A stretch of DNA of 52,685 nucleotides, counting the filler, from Jimgerdemannia flammicorona (lineage: Eukaryota): the NCBI GenBank assembly GCA_003990765.1. It is 2 parts of 2 records of this genome, joined end to end, with 100 filler letters (N's around TTAATTAATTAA, not from the genome) between each part and the next. Parts side by side here need not be neighbours in the genome. Positions count along the whole stretch, not along the records: positions 1 to 26,294 come from RBNJ01000738.1; 1 more part is not named here. One strand, written 5' to 3'. Both the position numbers and the translations under genes were made by a program. The first letter of the stretch is position 1, and each line of letters begins with the position of its first letter. Positions 1 through 13,419 of the stretch are shown here, in pieces. The notes beneath the pieces are model-generated. The model saw only the letters and a program-made list of their open reading frames with translations. It was not told the origin of the DNA and made no database searches.

Positions 1-1865
1 CCCCCCTCCTCTCCCCCACTCTCTCTCAATAAAAGACCACTTTGTCAAGCACTATCTCTACCACCAGCCAGTGACATTACCTACCCTGGGGACCCCAACC
101 AATCCACCAGCTAGTCAGCAAATCTCCCATCAACCCCTCCCACCTTAACAGCTTCTCCTGTATACTTATCTGTCACCTCTCTTTGAAAACAAAGAGCCAA
201 TATCCAGCCAGCCCTACTTACACCACTAAAACCCACTCTACAGTAGTCAATCATTGCCTACACCACCCACTAATTGAGATTTCAAATCCTCCCAGTGACC
301 TATCTCTCCATCTGGCCTCCTCTCCACACACAGCCAGTCCCCTACTACTATCCAAAAGTCCCCCAGAATCTCACACTCTCCCAGCCAATGTTCTGATATC
401 TGTACAAATTCTCCAACTTGTCCTACATTATAACACTTTTTACAATCTAATTGGCCACCATCCATCAGATACATAGTACAGAAATTCAACATGACATTCC
501 TCTGCAGCATTCTCCACCATACCACCCAGAACTTAGAAGGAAGCCACCAGCACTCTATGACCAGACTCCTGCCCAGTCCCACTCTTTGCCAATCCTCACT
601 GCTTACCAACTACTTGGTCAAAAATTCTGGCCAAGTCCCTGCTGATACTCTACTCCATCACCAATATTGAACTTAGTAAGTAGAATACTCCCCAGAAGCA
701 GTCTGTCTCAATGCTATATAGCTGGACCCCACAGCATCTCTCTCTCATTGTCTCGTCAGTACAGGTCTATTCAGTATACTCCATCTACTACCTCCCACCA
801 GAAGTCCTTATATCATAGCCATTGGCTTCTATCCAGACTCACCAGAGAGAGCAAATCTCCTGAGGACCCTTATGGGGAGAATCTCATCTCCCACACCTTC
901 TGCATCAGTGACATCCAACTTCTTCTCTTCAAGTCAACAGTCCTTTTCAGCCATCAAGCTTACAAGCAGTATAGCCTCTTAGGAAGGTCTACTAGACCTA
1001 GTCTTCTCCAAACCACTGGTGTTGTCAGAGTGTCCCAACTAATCTGAGACTGCCTTCCTGCCCAAATCTAGTCTCTGGTCAGTTTCATCAGTCTCTTCAC
1101 CACCCAAGCTGGAAAGTCCAAATGATATACAATATACCATAGCTTAGAGAACTAGTAGACATTCAGAATTGATACCTAGTCTGCTAGAGAGATGTGGTGC
1201 CCTCCCCAACCTCTAAGAGGCTCCCCCCAAATGGTCACCCTCCTTTTTCACCACACTCATGGCAGGACAGAACTATATACAGAGAGGAAGATGCTCAAAT
1301 ATCTCACCACCTCTCCTGTAGGAACAATTGTTCCAATGATGTCCCCTCTCTCTAGCCCATTCCCCAGCACTATTGTCTCACACTTATGCCAGTTGAGTTT
1401 TGCCCCAGAATGTACCTTATATCATTCAACTGTCTTCTTGAGTACCTCAACATCTGCCACTGAGTCAAGTCTAACTACTATATCATCTGCAAAGGCCCCC
1501 ACCTTCCACACTATACTATACATAGAGAGTTCCACCACCTTCTATTATATCCTATCTATCAAAGGTTCTAACAAAAGAGCATAAAGGATAGGAGACAGTG
1601 GATCTCTCTGAGGAACTCTTCTTTCCAAGGGGAATGCCAGACCCTGGTGACTATTACACATCAGTATTACCCTACTGCTCTCTAACAGATTTAATATAGA
1701 AATTTGAAATCATGGGAGAATACCAATTCTATCCAGCACCTTGCCCAGCCACACCCTCCAGATGTGGCCATAGGCCTTCTCTTGGTCCAAAAAAACCAAT
1801 CTTCCATCCAATCCACAAGCCTATGTACCTTCAATAATACTATGAACCCAGGCTGTCCTATCTCT
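1..1865 (-). pseudogene. L1/Tx1-like non-LTR retrotransposon ORF2 remnant (RT and C-terminal region)
   Basis: Minus-strand translation gives VFLDQEKA (~1775-1800), VPQRDPLSPIL (QGDPLSP-like, ~1590-1620) and KVGAFADDI (~1480-1505). Colinear with the LINE at 40450-42400. Many stops. Joined to a Gypsy dUTPase at ~1865. Confidence 0.9.
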
Positions 1866-2115
1866 GATAAGCTTACTTATGTATTTAGGGTCTATTGTTT
1901 CTCCTTCTATAGTTATTCCTTATCTAGTGAGTCTAGACCTTAAGGTCAGTTAGATATAAGTTTCTTTAGATGGTTATATATATAGCTAGTCCTATACTTA
2001 GTATCATTGTTCTTCCAGGCTTAATAGATTATTTTTGTAATTATAAAAGTGATATTCTATATCTTCTTAGTGAGCTTTAATTGGGGGTTTGGCCTTGGAA
2101 TATAGCAAGATATAT
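1866..2115 (-). pseudogene. dUTPase domain remnant (family A)
   Basis: YSKAKPPIKAH*EDIEYHF (motif 1 region), IKPGRTMILV, and RSRLTR*GITIEGETIDPKYISKL, which reads as a transition-decayed RSGLA..G...G.IDP.Y.GEL (motifs 2-3). Confidence 0.75.
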
Positions 2116-5100
2116 TGGGTAATATCTTTACTAAGTTTGAATTGTCCTTAGACTGAGACTTTAGTAGATATAAGCCCTCAGGCTTCAAAATTGTGATGCA
2201 GTCATCTGGATCTAGTAGAGGAGTCTCAGAGATAATTAATTTCTCTTTTTTCTATAAGATCTAGGGTCTTTATAAAGTTGATGATATCTTTAATACATTC
2301 TTAATAGATTTTATATCTGATGAGAACTAAGATGTCATTTTCTAGATTATAGATCTTAAGAGCTTTTTTTTTTAATTTCTTAGTCTAGTTTTTTCAGATC
2401 TGAGCTCTGTTATATAACTTCTTTTTTCAGTATATATGTATATGATAATATCTTTACTGAGATAAATCTTCTGAGTATATTTCTTTTCTTGAGGCAATAA
2501 TATTTAACTATGCTTGATCCTTCTATAGTATTTTAAGGGTCACAATCTTCTAGTAGTATCTAGTAAGGGTCAATCTAGGGAATAAGTTTAGAGAGTTTCT
2601 TCTATTTGGAGACTTCTTGCTAGGGGATTTCTTCATTAGATATTTCTTGACCCCAGATTGCTTGTACTTCTGCAGCTTTAGTTATAGGTGTCTTCAGAGA
2701 GTAGTTCTATTTCTTCTTCTATTTTCTACACTTAGAGCAGGCTGTACTAGGCGAATTTATTATTCTAATAATTTTCGAGGAATGTTCAGAGCACTTGTAT
2801 CTTTTGAGATAGATGGGGCATCATCTGGCTTATTTCACAATAGCTCTGATTGTAAAGGAGATAGAATCTTTAGTTTATATATTATCTTCTAGCCTATCAT
2901 CTACTATATTGATGTGTGGGTTGAGTCTGAGATTATTCTATCTTCAGATTCTTCTTCTTTCTCTATAGTAGATTTTTCAAAACTAGCATACTCTTCCTAG
3001 ATAATAATATTCTTTTTCTTTAATTGCTTATATATAGCTAGTTATCTTAATTCTGTACTTTTTTCTCTATAGTCAAATTTGAGTACCTATTGGCTAATAT
3101 TAATATCTATATTCATTTCCTTCATCCATTTGATATCAAGGATTATGTCATAAGTAACAGCTTTAATAATAACAGTTTTTGCAATAGAGAACTGAATGTG
3201 TTTAAGAGAGATAGTAATGTTTTATTCTTCTCCAAGAGTTTGAGTTTAGGCTCCATTTACTACTATGATGCTGAGGTTGAATGGTCTATCAATGGACTAC
3301 TAAAGGGTATCTAGAAATTATTTAGTAATAATATAGATAGTTGCTCCTATATCAATGAGAATTTTTGTCTGTTATTCTTCAATATCTCTATATAGATATA
3401 TGCTGATATATCTTTCTACAGTCTGGATAATAATTGGTGCTAATTCTTATTATAGAATTAGGACTTGGCTAGTACTGGACCTAGTGGTTCTCAATAGTTT
3501 ATTTCAAACTCTAATAGGTATCAGTTATAGGAATTGCAGGAGAGAGACTTCTATCTTGGCTTTTAAATCTTTTACCAGGCTCTATTGTAGATATTTCTAG
3601 GCATTGTCTTTGAGGTGTACTTCTTCTTAGGCTTTGGAATAATAAGCTCTTATTCTTTTTGCTCTATTTCTTTATTCTCAGTAGTAGTTTATTTGTTTTA
3701 GAGATAAAAGATAAAAAAGATCTAAAAGATATCACAATCTGCTCCTCTTCATCTTCTTTATATTTTGCTTAAATAATTCTTCTGCTAATATTTCTGAATG
3801 ACCTTTCTACTGGTCTCTTTCTTTTCTCAGTTAGGTAGACTGTTTTTCTAGTATGATCTTAGTTAGATATAGGTCTAAGTTATTGTAGACTTTATTATTA
3901 ATTTCTTCTTCTAAGTTCTTGACAGAGTAAGCTTCAGTCTTCTGGTACTGAGTAGCATTCTTTTAGTTTAGTAGTTTTGAGTTTCTTTAATCACTTCTTA
4001 TATTATTATGTTCCATAGAATAATATCCAAACTATCAATAGTAGAAGTATTAGACTTAGGCTCTATCTCAGACTAAGTATCTTCTTTCTTCTTATAGCTA
4101 GTAGTTTCTATTATGTATCTCTGAGTAGGCAGTCTTGGTTTCTTTATAATATATACCCTCTGTTATCCTGTGGATATCTATGATTTTCACATATGATAAG
4201 TTTTTTTATTTGCCTAACCAATTAGTCCAACTTGAATTTTAGGTCTTAGAATTTATTTCTCTCTTTCTTTCAATCTTAGCTAGCTTCCCTTCTTCTGATT
4301 TTTCATATTCTTGAAGGAGTTCTTATAGGGGTTTGATCAATAGATCTTTCTTGTCATCTTTTATTATGATCACTCCAGGTGATTCTTTGTCTAAAAACAA
4401 AAAATTCTTAAGCTATATCTGTACTTATTCTTCAGACCTTCTGATGCTTAGAGTGTAGATATGCTGGGTGATATTTGGAGAGATCTCATTTATAAAAATC
4501 ATTAGATCTATAATATCTTAGTTGGTAATATTGAACTTAGCTGTATGCATTCTTTTCTGAATTCAAGTAAAGAATTTCCTAGGTAATTCTCTAAGATTCA
4601 TCTTTATTCCCATGATGAATTCTTGAGCCTTATGGTAGATTTCATTTTCTGTATATTTATCAATAAGCTAGTAAGTTATAACTCTATATTCTTCTTTTCA
4701 GAATGGTACTATATCAATAGCAGCTTTAAGGTCTAAATGTATATTATTTATTATTTGATTGAAAATTCTCTTAGCTGGTTCTCTAATTTGAGGCAACTTT
4801 TCTCAGAGCAGAGAGATTCTTTAGAGCTGCAATTTCTTTAATTTCATTAAGAAATTCTCTTTGGTCTTATTCTAGATATTCTGCAAAGATTGGCATTGAG
4901 GTGACTATTTCATTTTCACTGTTTTCTGGTTCTGATTCTGATTCTGATTTACTTTCTGAGTTATTGCTAAACCTTAAGATATATACTTAAGTATCCTGAT
5001 GATGGTATTATTGATCTTATATAAGATATAATAGGTCTAAGTATTCTTGACAGAGCTATTTCTAATCATTCTGGTTCTATAGTTACTTATCCTAATAATA

Positions 5101-5600
5101 GTTCAATAGTGGAGACTATTGGAGCTTCTGAGGAAACCAAGATTATGCAATGAGATCTTTGAATTCTGGTACAAGTTCATAAGTATCTAGCAGAGCTGTC
5201 TGTATATCTGATTGATCTGATTGATCTGATTGATCTAGTTGATATGGTTGAGTTAGGTCTCCAGATAGTAAGTCTGTTGGTACTAATTAAGGATTCTGTA
5301 CTATACTGGCTTCTAGTTGGGATTCTTCTAATACTAGATAATTAGCAAGTCTTAAGGTAATTTCTTCTCTTTTTGTCCAAATTCTAATAATGAGTTATTT
5401 CTGTAATAGCTGAGATTAGTATTGTATCAAATATTTTCAATTTAGCTATTAGGCTCTTATAAGCTAAAAAGTTATATAAATTTAAAGAAAATCTTTCTAG
5501 TTGAGTACTCAAATATAATATACTGATTCAATAAAGACAAATTACAGACAGGTTCCTTTCTCTGCTATCATACTAGTCATATAATTGGTAGGTGACCTTC
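1866..5600 (-). mobile_element. Highly decayed Ty3/Gypsy remnant, family A (gag-like region, protease, spacer, dUTPase; RT onward lost)
   Basis: Aspartic protease motif TKILIDIGATI (DTGA-like) at ~3340-3380 and dUTPase motifs at 1866-2115. Upstream boundary approximate; no LTR identified with confidence. Confidence 0.65.
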
Positions 5601-7645
5601 TGAGCCCCTTTCCTCTACTTTTACTCTCTCTACCTTGAGTTGGTTTACTATATCTATAAGGATATAGTGAGAGAGAGGTAATGGTGATAAGTTGCTCCTT
5701 TATTGATATCTAATCAGTATTTTCTCTATTTTTTCATAGTCTTTATACCTCTGACTGCATCTGAAATATATCTGTTTTAGTATAGCATCTTCTTTCTTTT
5801 ACTATTATCAATAAGATATCATCTGATATTTTATAGGAAATATAGGATATCAGCTAATCTTGTGTATCAAGTACTAGTATAGATTACTTGTAGGTCCTTG
5901 GTATCTATAGTGGGGCTCTCTGGGCTTTGGCAAGCTTCCTGGCAAGTATAATACTAGTATAAGTAACTGTTTTTTAGGTGGTTTAAGATAGGAGGAGAGA
6001 TGACCCTCATAGATAGGAAGAAGGGTAATTATGGTAAACCAGTAGAGTATCAGACTAGGAGTAGTCATCAGGGCTGGGGTGAGTGCTGCATTAGTGGGGT
6101 CTTCTGCTTAGTATAGAGTAGTTAGGTAGTAGATATTACTCTTAGCTATTTTTGGTAATATATGGGGTTGGGCCCTAGTTATTAAGAGTAGTCAGGAGGT
6201 CTGAGACTATCTGAATCAGGCATTTTGACTATACTCAACTGGAACTAAGAGCTGACATAGCAATATAATTAAGACTTATAGACTTGAGTAGTGAGATATT
6301 AGGAGTCTCCTCCTAGATCATATATAAGTTCTCTACTTATCTCATCAGAGAGAACTAGGTTCTATTCACTATTCTATACTTTGAGAAGAGTTTTACTTTA
6401 TCTATTGCTCTCCTTGGAGCAGTAGAGACTATGCAAATCAGCTCAGATATAATTTTATATATATATTGGAGTTTTAGTATATATATTTGGATATATGATT
6501 ATTTACTCTCTAGTGATAGGAAGAGTATAGTACACAGAATGAGATGTAAGTAACATTGTCCTACTGTATCTAATATGGTTGAGCTGCTAGACAATAGCTA
6601 GTCTAGCATAATAGAAATATAGTACTCAGTAGGTAGTGGGGGAGAGTTTTGGTCTATATAGTCTAGGTTCTCTTCTAATAAAAATCTGCGGAACTTTGAG
6701 TCTATAAAATAAAATAAAAAAAGAAAAATTACAGAGTTGGTACTATATGTAGATTGGCTTGAACCCTCAGTTACTTTGTTAAAAATAATAAAATATTCAA
6801 TAGTTTCTCTTAAAAATAGATATAAGTTCTCTGTTTTGTATAAAATAGATATTTCAGCTGATTTCTTAATTAGATAGTTTAGTATAATATGAGTAATTTT
6901 GACATATTTCTTAAATAAAGTAGATTTCTTAAATAAAGTATATAGTATAGATTCTTTCTAAATCAGTATATTATTTAGTTGGTATAGATTATTCCTGAAT
7001 TGATAAATTATTCAAATAGTGTAGATTTTTTCTAAATTAAGTAAGCTAGTATTATAAGCTATATAAAGATAGAAAGGCTAGTATCAAAAGCTATAGTAAT
7101 TTAAAGCTAGTAAGGATAAAGTAAAGACTAGTACTATATACTGTATAGGACTTAGAGTAAGCTAGTATTATAAGTTATTTGGTAAAAGAGAGAGAGAAAT
7201 AATATTAGACATTAGTAATATGAGTAGTAAGATGAATATTAAAAGTTAACAAAACCTTAAGATATATAATACAAAAGATAGATATATAAATATATTCTAT
7301 AAATATCATACTGGCTTACTAATCAATATCTGAATCTTATAGTTAGATAAATCAGCTATAGCAGTATTGAATAGAGTACTATTCTAGAAGCTATATTTAG
7401 TATAAAAGAGCAGGTTCAGACTGATCTGTAGAAGTAGTATATGAAGATAATAAATAAGATAGTTTTGCAAGAACAGTCAATTTGGAGAATACTAAAATAA
7501 AGAGATATTAAGTAGAGCTAGATATATAATATAGAGAAGACAAATGAAGATATAATATATAGAAAGATAAGATTTGTTTTGATGATAAATAGTAATGCTT
7601 TCTGGTAAAATAGATCTATTTTAGAGATCAGTAGAGTAAGTATAA

Positions 7646-7971
7646 ATATAGTTGTGAACATAGTTCAAAATGCAGCAAAGTGGCCATTGCACTTAACACT
7701 TGTGCGTCTAACATTCATCGTGCAATATAACTACCATCTTAGATTAGTCAGTTTCAATCGCTTCCTACACCCTATCATGCACTTAAACATTCATGCAACG
7801 TAATCATACAATCCACCATCTTAGCTTAGTTAGTTTCAATTGCTTTCTGCACCCTACCTTAGCTAGCCCGAGCTCCAACCACATGCCCAAGAGTTAGGCA
7901 GTGGCCACACATTTCCCTCAACATACTCTAGCAATCATCATTAGTAATTCGTATTAATCAATTTCACGCAC
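7646..7971 (+). repeat. Ngaro repeat A1 (326 bp)
   Basis: Direct repeat of 12099-12424 (atatagttgtgaac...atttcacgcac). Contains an internal ~80 bp tandem duplication (aacattcat...ccatcttag...gtttcaat...caccct). Confidence 0.95.
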
Positions 7972-7988
7972 TATCTCTCAGATACATC

Positions 7989-9259
7989 ATACCACCTATC
8001 CATTGGTCTCAAGGCCTACTATCTGGTCCCCCAGTTCCAGCACCTGGTGCCCCACATGCACCCCCATCAATTCCCAACTTAACTGGCCTATGTACGTTGT
8101 GCAAGGACCAGCTCATCACACTCTGCCGTGAACATGACCTCTCTATAGACAGTCAAAAGGCCACCCTGGTTATATGTCTCAATGCTCATCGACCTGGCCC
8201 CGATTTCCCAGTCACTGAACCTATGGCGCTGGTTCCAACACTGTTCTCTGATGGTCATGAAGTCAACGTATTGATCAAATGGCTACTTCCAGCACTCGTG
8301 GCATGTCTCCACAGACCTTTAGCCAACACCAACCCCCCTCCAGTCCTACCACCCAGCTTACTGCCAGCACTCCCTCTTCCAGCTGCCTTCACCTCTCTAG
8401 CAGTTCCCTCGCTTTTACCACAGCCAACCCCATCAGCACCCTTATCAGCATGGTTTTCAAACCCTTTAAATGGTGAGTCATCTAACCCCCTGTTCATCTC
8501 TGATGCCATTCTACGTCATGATTGGATTCCATCAGAGCTACTGACCTCACTTGAGGCAGGGGAATACCAAATACTGGCCAAATGGACAGGCAATGCCTTG
8601 CTATCATGTCTGAGCAATCGGCAAAAACCTGATTCACATCCATCAGACCATGATCTCGACCTACCACTCTGGCTTGAAGCCATCTTCAATATTCAGGATA
8701 CATTACTGTCTCTGGGCACTACTCGGGCTGCCCCCACACTGCACATACTGCACAGCTACTTGCATTTATCATCTTTATCATCAAGGCCATCAACGACCAT
8801 TATGACTAGGCTGTCCTTCAGCGGTTTGACCGGCAAGTTCGCACACTTAAAGCATCCTTTCCGGAGCTGGATATTGGCAACCCAGATGCTGTCCGGCACA
8901 TGTTCAAAACCATCATTGGCCAGCCAGCATCAGCACCGCTTGCCTACCAACCAACATGTCAGCCCATACAGGCAATGGCCTCCTCAACAGAAAGTCCCAG
9001 AATGACCTCATCATGCCCCCTTTTATGCTTTTGGTGTGGGGTACAGGGGTACGTGTCAACCTCTTGCACCCAAACCCCTCTCATGCGACTTACATTCCCC
9101 ATCAAACCAGATGATACTCTCTCCTCAGACAGTGCAGCCAGTTCTATCTGTTGCAACTACAATGGCTCTGGCTGCCGCAGCAATTGTGGCCACCCCCATG
9201 TCTGCTTGTTTTGCTATGGCTCTCACCCAGGTATAGAGTGCTCTATTCACTGTGGCTAA
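7989..9259 (+). pseudogene. Ngaro ORF1 (gag-like): SAP-like N-terminus, zinc knuckle and Cys/His finger
   Basis: Likely start ATG mutated to ATA at 7989, in frame with 8097..9005. LCKDQLITLCREHDLSIDSQKATLVICL resembles the SAP consensus. Frameshifted C-terminus (8900..9259) has CFWCGVQGYVSTSC and CCNYNGSGCRSNCGHPHVCLFCYGSHPGIEC. Confidence 0.8.
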
Positions 9260-10866
9260 TCTCGTGACCCCACTCCCATCTGACCCCCCAGCATGTCCAT
9301 ACCACCTTGGGGAGTGGCAATGAGCACTTCACACCCATCCAGACCAACTTCTCATTCAGTACCACTTAACAGGCCTATGTCAGGGTTACCTTCACGGCAA
9401 TCACTCCCATCCTGAGCTTCGTATCGACTACATATCTGACAATCTGGCATTAGCTTACCAATATCGCAACATCCTTTCTGCCAACATTCTTGCCGAACTT
9501 CAAGCCGGTCACTACTTAGGACCCTTTTCATCTCCCTCTGCATTACCAACTGAGTTTTGTCCCTTTCACAATGCTCCCCTAGGAGTTGTCCCAAAAAAGA
9601 ACTCTACCAAACTTCACACCATTCAACACCTGTCCTTCCCAGAGGGAGCCTCTGTAAATGATGGCATCAACCCAGAAGAGTTTTCAATTCAGTACCAGTC
9701 AATCCAGTCCATCCTCCAGCTACTCCTCACACTTGGCGCCACAGCTCTATTTTGGAAGGCAGATATTGCTGAAGCCTTTTGCATGATCCCCATCCACCGG
9801 TTTGACTGGGCTATACAAGGCATCTGCTGGCTTGGCCTTTTCTTCCTTGACATGTTTCTTCCATTCGGCCTTCACTCAGCACCATTCATATTCACATCTC
9901 TGATGGATTTATTTATATGGATTTGCATTCAGCAGTATAACCTTCCCAATTTGGGCTACTTTATGGATGACTTTATCTATGTCACATCACCCTCTACTGC
10001 TCAGTCTACATACTTGTGGTTTCACTCGGTTGCTGCTCACTTTGGTCTTCCCCTCAAAGCAGCCAAGGATATACCTCCCACACCAACTATTGAGTACATG
10101 GGCTTTCTCCTCGATGCCCCCAACATGACAATCAGCCTCCCACTTGAAAAACGTACATGCATCCTCTCTCTGCTCACAGACTGGCTTGTAATACCTCATC
10201 AGACTCATCGGCCATATCCTCGGTCTTACCACGATGCTCATTCACTACTGGGTCATCTCATGCATGTTGTCCAAGTCCTTCCAGATGGGAAAGTATTCTG
10301 TGATTCCATCATTCATTTCATCTCTATATGGAAACCACCCTATGCTGGGCAGCATCATCTATCTTCTCACCTGGCCACTGATCTTCAATGGTGGCAGGAC
10401 ATCTTATGCTCATGGACAGGTTGTCACCTGCTTTTCCACTCTGATTGGCAGGATTGTGGTCTATTCACAGATGCATCTGGAACAATTGGTGCCAGCGGCC
10501 TTCTGGGCCAACACTGGTGGAGCATTCGGTGGGCCTCTTCATTCAGCAACCAGAAGGGATATGATATTTTCTAGAAGGAAATGTTCACCATCTGGGTTTT
10601 GCTTGCATTGTGGGGTTCCTCCTTTCATCATCAGCATATCATCTTATGGTGCGATAGCCAACCCTGTGTTGAATTGCTAACCAGTGGTTGGGCATGATAC
10701 CACCCTCTCATCAACGATCTTTTATGATGCATTATCCTCTTATGTCTCAACAGAGGGTTTGACATCCAAGCTCAGTATATTCCTTCCTCATCTAACCCCG
10801 CCAACTCCCTATCTTGTCTTATCCATCTCCCCTCCCATCCCTAGGAACTACTTCCTACAACTGTAA
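9240..10866 (+). pseudogene. Ngaro ORF2: reverse transcriptase and RNase H
   Basis: VVPKK, HLSFPEGASVNDGI, KADIAEAFCMIPI, LPFGLHSAPFIF, YFMDDF. RNase H motifs LFTDASG, KEMF, WCDSQ. Start approximate. Confidence 0.95.
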
Positions 10867-10869
10867 CAT

Positions 10870-11800
10870 CCCCCTTTGGCTTCGCCATCAACTCAAGTCC
10901 TGTCTCTACCAACACTCTCACACCCACACTGGTGCTCTTCGACCTGGTACCAACTCCTTCTACTGCTTCCTAGGCTACTATGGCATTGATAATACCACTG
11001 CCTTTCCTCTTCATAATGACCTCCTCAGCTATTGGGCCCTATGGCTGGCCAACGATCAAAAGCCATATACCACCATCAAGAACTATTTCTATGACATCGC
11101 TGCTCATTAACTGGCCCACTGGCGAGGCCCCCCTCTCTACCATGCATCCTTACCCCTGTTCGACATGGTATTGAAATCCATTCAGCGCCACCCACCCCCC
11201 TCACACTCACTGGAATGCCTTCCTATTACTTGCCAATACTTGCAGCTTATTCATGCTACTCTCCCCCTTACTACACCTCATGGCACCACCATATGGGCAG
11301 CCACATGTACAGCCTTTTATGGTCTCATGCGAATCGGCAAGCTGACATCTCCTGACTACCTACAATTTAACTCACACTGGTAGGCATACAGGTGCCACCT
11401 TCGACGGCACTGGGACCCTACACTTTCCCAGCCCTTTTGGTCTCTACACCTCCCTTGTACCAAAACTGGTACCTCAGGTGATATATTTCTGGGGTTTTCA
11501 GGTGCCTTCAATTGCCCCTGTTCTGCAATTGACAATATGATCCACCTCTGCCCTGCCCGTCCCAAGGACCCCATCTTCTCCTTCAGTCCCACTCAACCCC
11601 TCTCTTGCTCAACATTCATCAAGGCCATTCGGGCCCCTTTAAGAGACACTCCACTAGCCACTGGAATTCATGATCATTCCTTCTGCATCAGCGGCACTAC
11701 TCTTCTTACATCGGCAGGATATCTGGATCACATCATTCAACTGGCTGGTCAGTGAAAGTCTATGGCCTTTCTGCATTACATCCAGCAACTCGACCAGATT
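10870..11800 (+). pseudogene. Ngaro ORF3: tyrosine recombinase
   Basis: WAATCTAFYGLMRIGKL (catalytic R region), CPCSAI, HDHSFCISGTT (from GHSFRIGG.T), IQLAGQ*KSMAFLHYI (from GRW.S....Y). Confidence 0.92.
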
Positions 11801-11956
11801 CTACCTCAGATGATAGTCACCTTGGCCGCACTTCCTCTACTCAACTACCAGCGGGCCATGGGTTTGGTGGGTGGTGGCCAAAAGGTATCCACAAGCGGTC
11901 AGCGGCACCAGCATTACATTTAAGAGCCTTGCCCACTTCCCAGGCCTGTGGTTCTT

Positions 11957-12097
11957 TGGCCTCTTCACATATGAATGCGATTGGCAGGCCTTCAGAAGTG
12001 TATACTTCCTTTGAGCCAAACCCATATCCCACATTAGATTCATTTTATATAGAACACTATTTATCTCATATTAGCCTCCTCATGCGTGGGACACTTT
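11957..12097 (+). repeat. Ngaro repeat B1 (141 bp)
   Basis: Direct repeat of 12465-12605. Confidence 0.93.
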
Positions 12098-12098
12098 G

Positions 12099-12424
12099 AT
12101 ATAGTTGTGAACATAGTTCAAAATGCAGCAAAGTGGCTATTGCGCTTAACACTTATGCATCTAACATTCATTGTACAATGCAACTACCATCTTAGATTAG
12201 TCAGTTTCAATCACTTCCTGCACCCTACCATGTGCTTAAACATTCATGTAATGTAATCATGCAATCTACCATCTTAGCTTAGTCAGTTTCAATCACTTTC
12301 TGCACCCTACCTTAGCTAGCCCGAGCTCCAACTGCATGCCCAAGAGTTAGGCAGTGGCCACACATTTCCCTCAACATACTCTAGCAATCATCATTAGTAA
12401 TTCATATCAATCAATTTCACGCAC
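12099..12424 (+). repeat. Ngaro repeat A2 (326 bp)
   Basis: Copy of 7646-7971, differing mostly by transitions. Followed by a 40-bp spacer containing AATAAA (12451-12456). Confidence 0.95.
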
Positions 12425-12464
12425 CCCTCCCACCCATCTCCCTTTGGAACAATAAATGTGCGCC

Positions 12465-12605
12465 TGGCCTCTTTGCATACAAATGCGATTGGTGGGCCTT
12501 TGGAAGCATATGCTTCCTTTGAGCCAAACCCATGTCCCACATTAGATTCATTTTATATAGAACACTATTCATCTCACGTTAGCCTCCTCATGCGCGGGAT
12601 ACTTT
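12465..12605 (+). repeat. Ngaro repeat B2 (141 bp)
   Basis: Copy of B1; forms the right terminus of the element. Confidence 0.93.
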
Positions 12606-13419
12606 ATATAAGTAAAATCAGCTATATTAGATTGGAAGACTATATTACCTTGAGATACCTAAGAGGTCAGATTGAAAAAGTTATCTAATATGAATTTTCA
12701 AAATAAAAAAAAATTGATATATACTAGTAACATAACATATGTGAGATTTAGATCATTATAATCTGATAATTAAAGCAGACTGATAAGAAATATGATAGAA
12801 AGCTGATATATAGCTGGACATATATCTAATTACTACTTTATTCTATATATCACTTATAGAAGTTGTTAAAGAACAATAAATAGATCAGTGAAGTCTAAGT
12901 TGATATAAAGAGACTTAATAGTTAAAAGGTAATATTAAATAGTAGTTAGTTAAAGCTAACATAAGGCCAAGCTATAGTTTTACTATATTAAAACTATTTC
13001 AGATATAGGCAGAATAATATCAGAAATATAATTATTATAATAAAGAGTATAGAATTAGAGAAAGTTGTATATATGTATTGTTCTGAAGAATATAAGTAGT
13101 ATATTATTTTTATCAGTCTGAACTATAGAAAGAAGTAATAATAGATAGAAGTATAGAATATAAATGATATCTATTACTATCAGCAATATCTGAGTATAGA
13201 GAATAAGATAATAGTAATTGGAGAGATCAGTGAGAGATAAAAAGAATATAGATAGATCCTGATGATAGAAAAACTCAAATATAGATGAAGAAGAAGAAGA
13301 AAAATCAGTGAGTAATAATATAATATAATACTAAAAGACAGAGATATAAAAATATGTTATACTGTTTTTTTATTTTCTTTTTATCATTATCTATTACTGA
13401 TATATAGTTTTATTACTAG

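Larger units (their letters stand above)
7646..12610 (+). mobile_element. Ngaro-type (DIRS order) tyrosine-recombinase retrotransposon, structurally complete but decayed
   Basis: Split direct repeats in the order A1 - ORFs - B1 - A2 - spacer - B2. Gag-like ORF1, RT/RNase H and tyrosine recombinase. ATATA at both ends and at the internal B1/A2 junction. Confidence 0.95.

Noticed and set aside
5205..5250. 9-bp tandem repeat (gatctgatt)n
   Set aside because: Short local slippage inside a decayed element with no further structure.
10600..10900. DNA adenine methyltransferase domain as in some DIRS elements
   Set aside because: No recognisable motif and no room between RNase H and the tyrosine recombinase, consistent with Ngaro.
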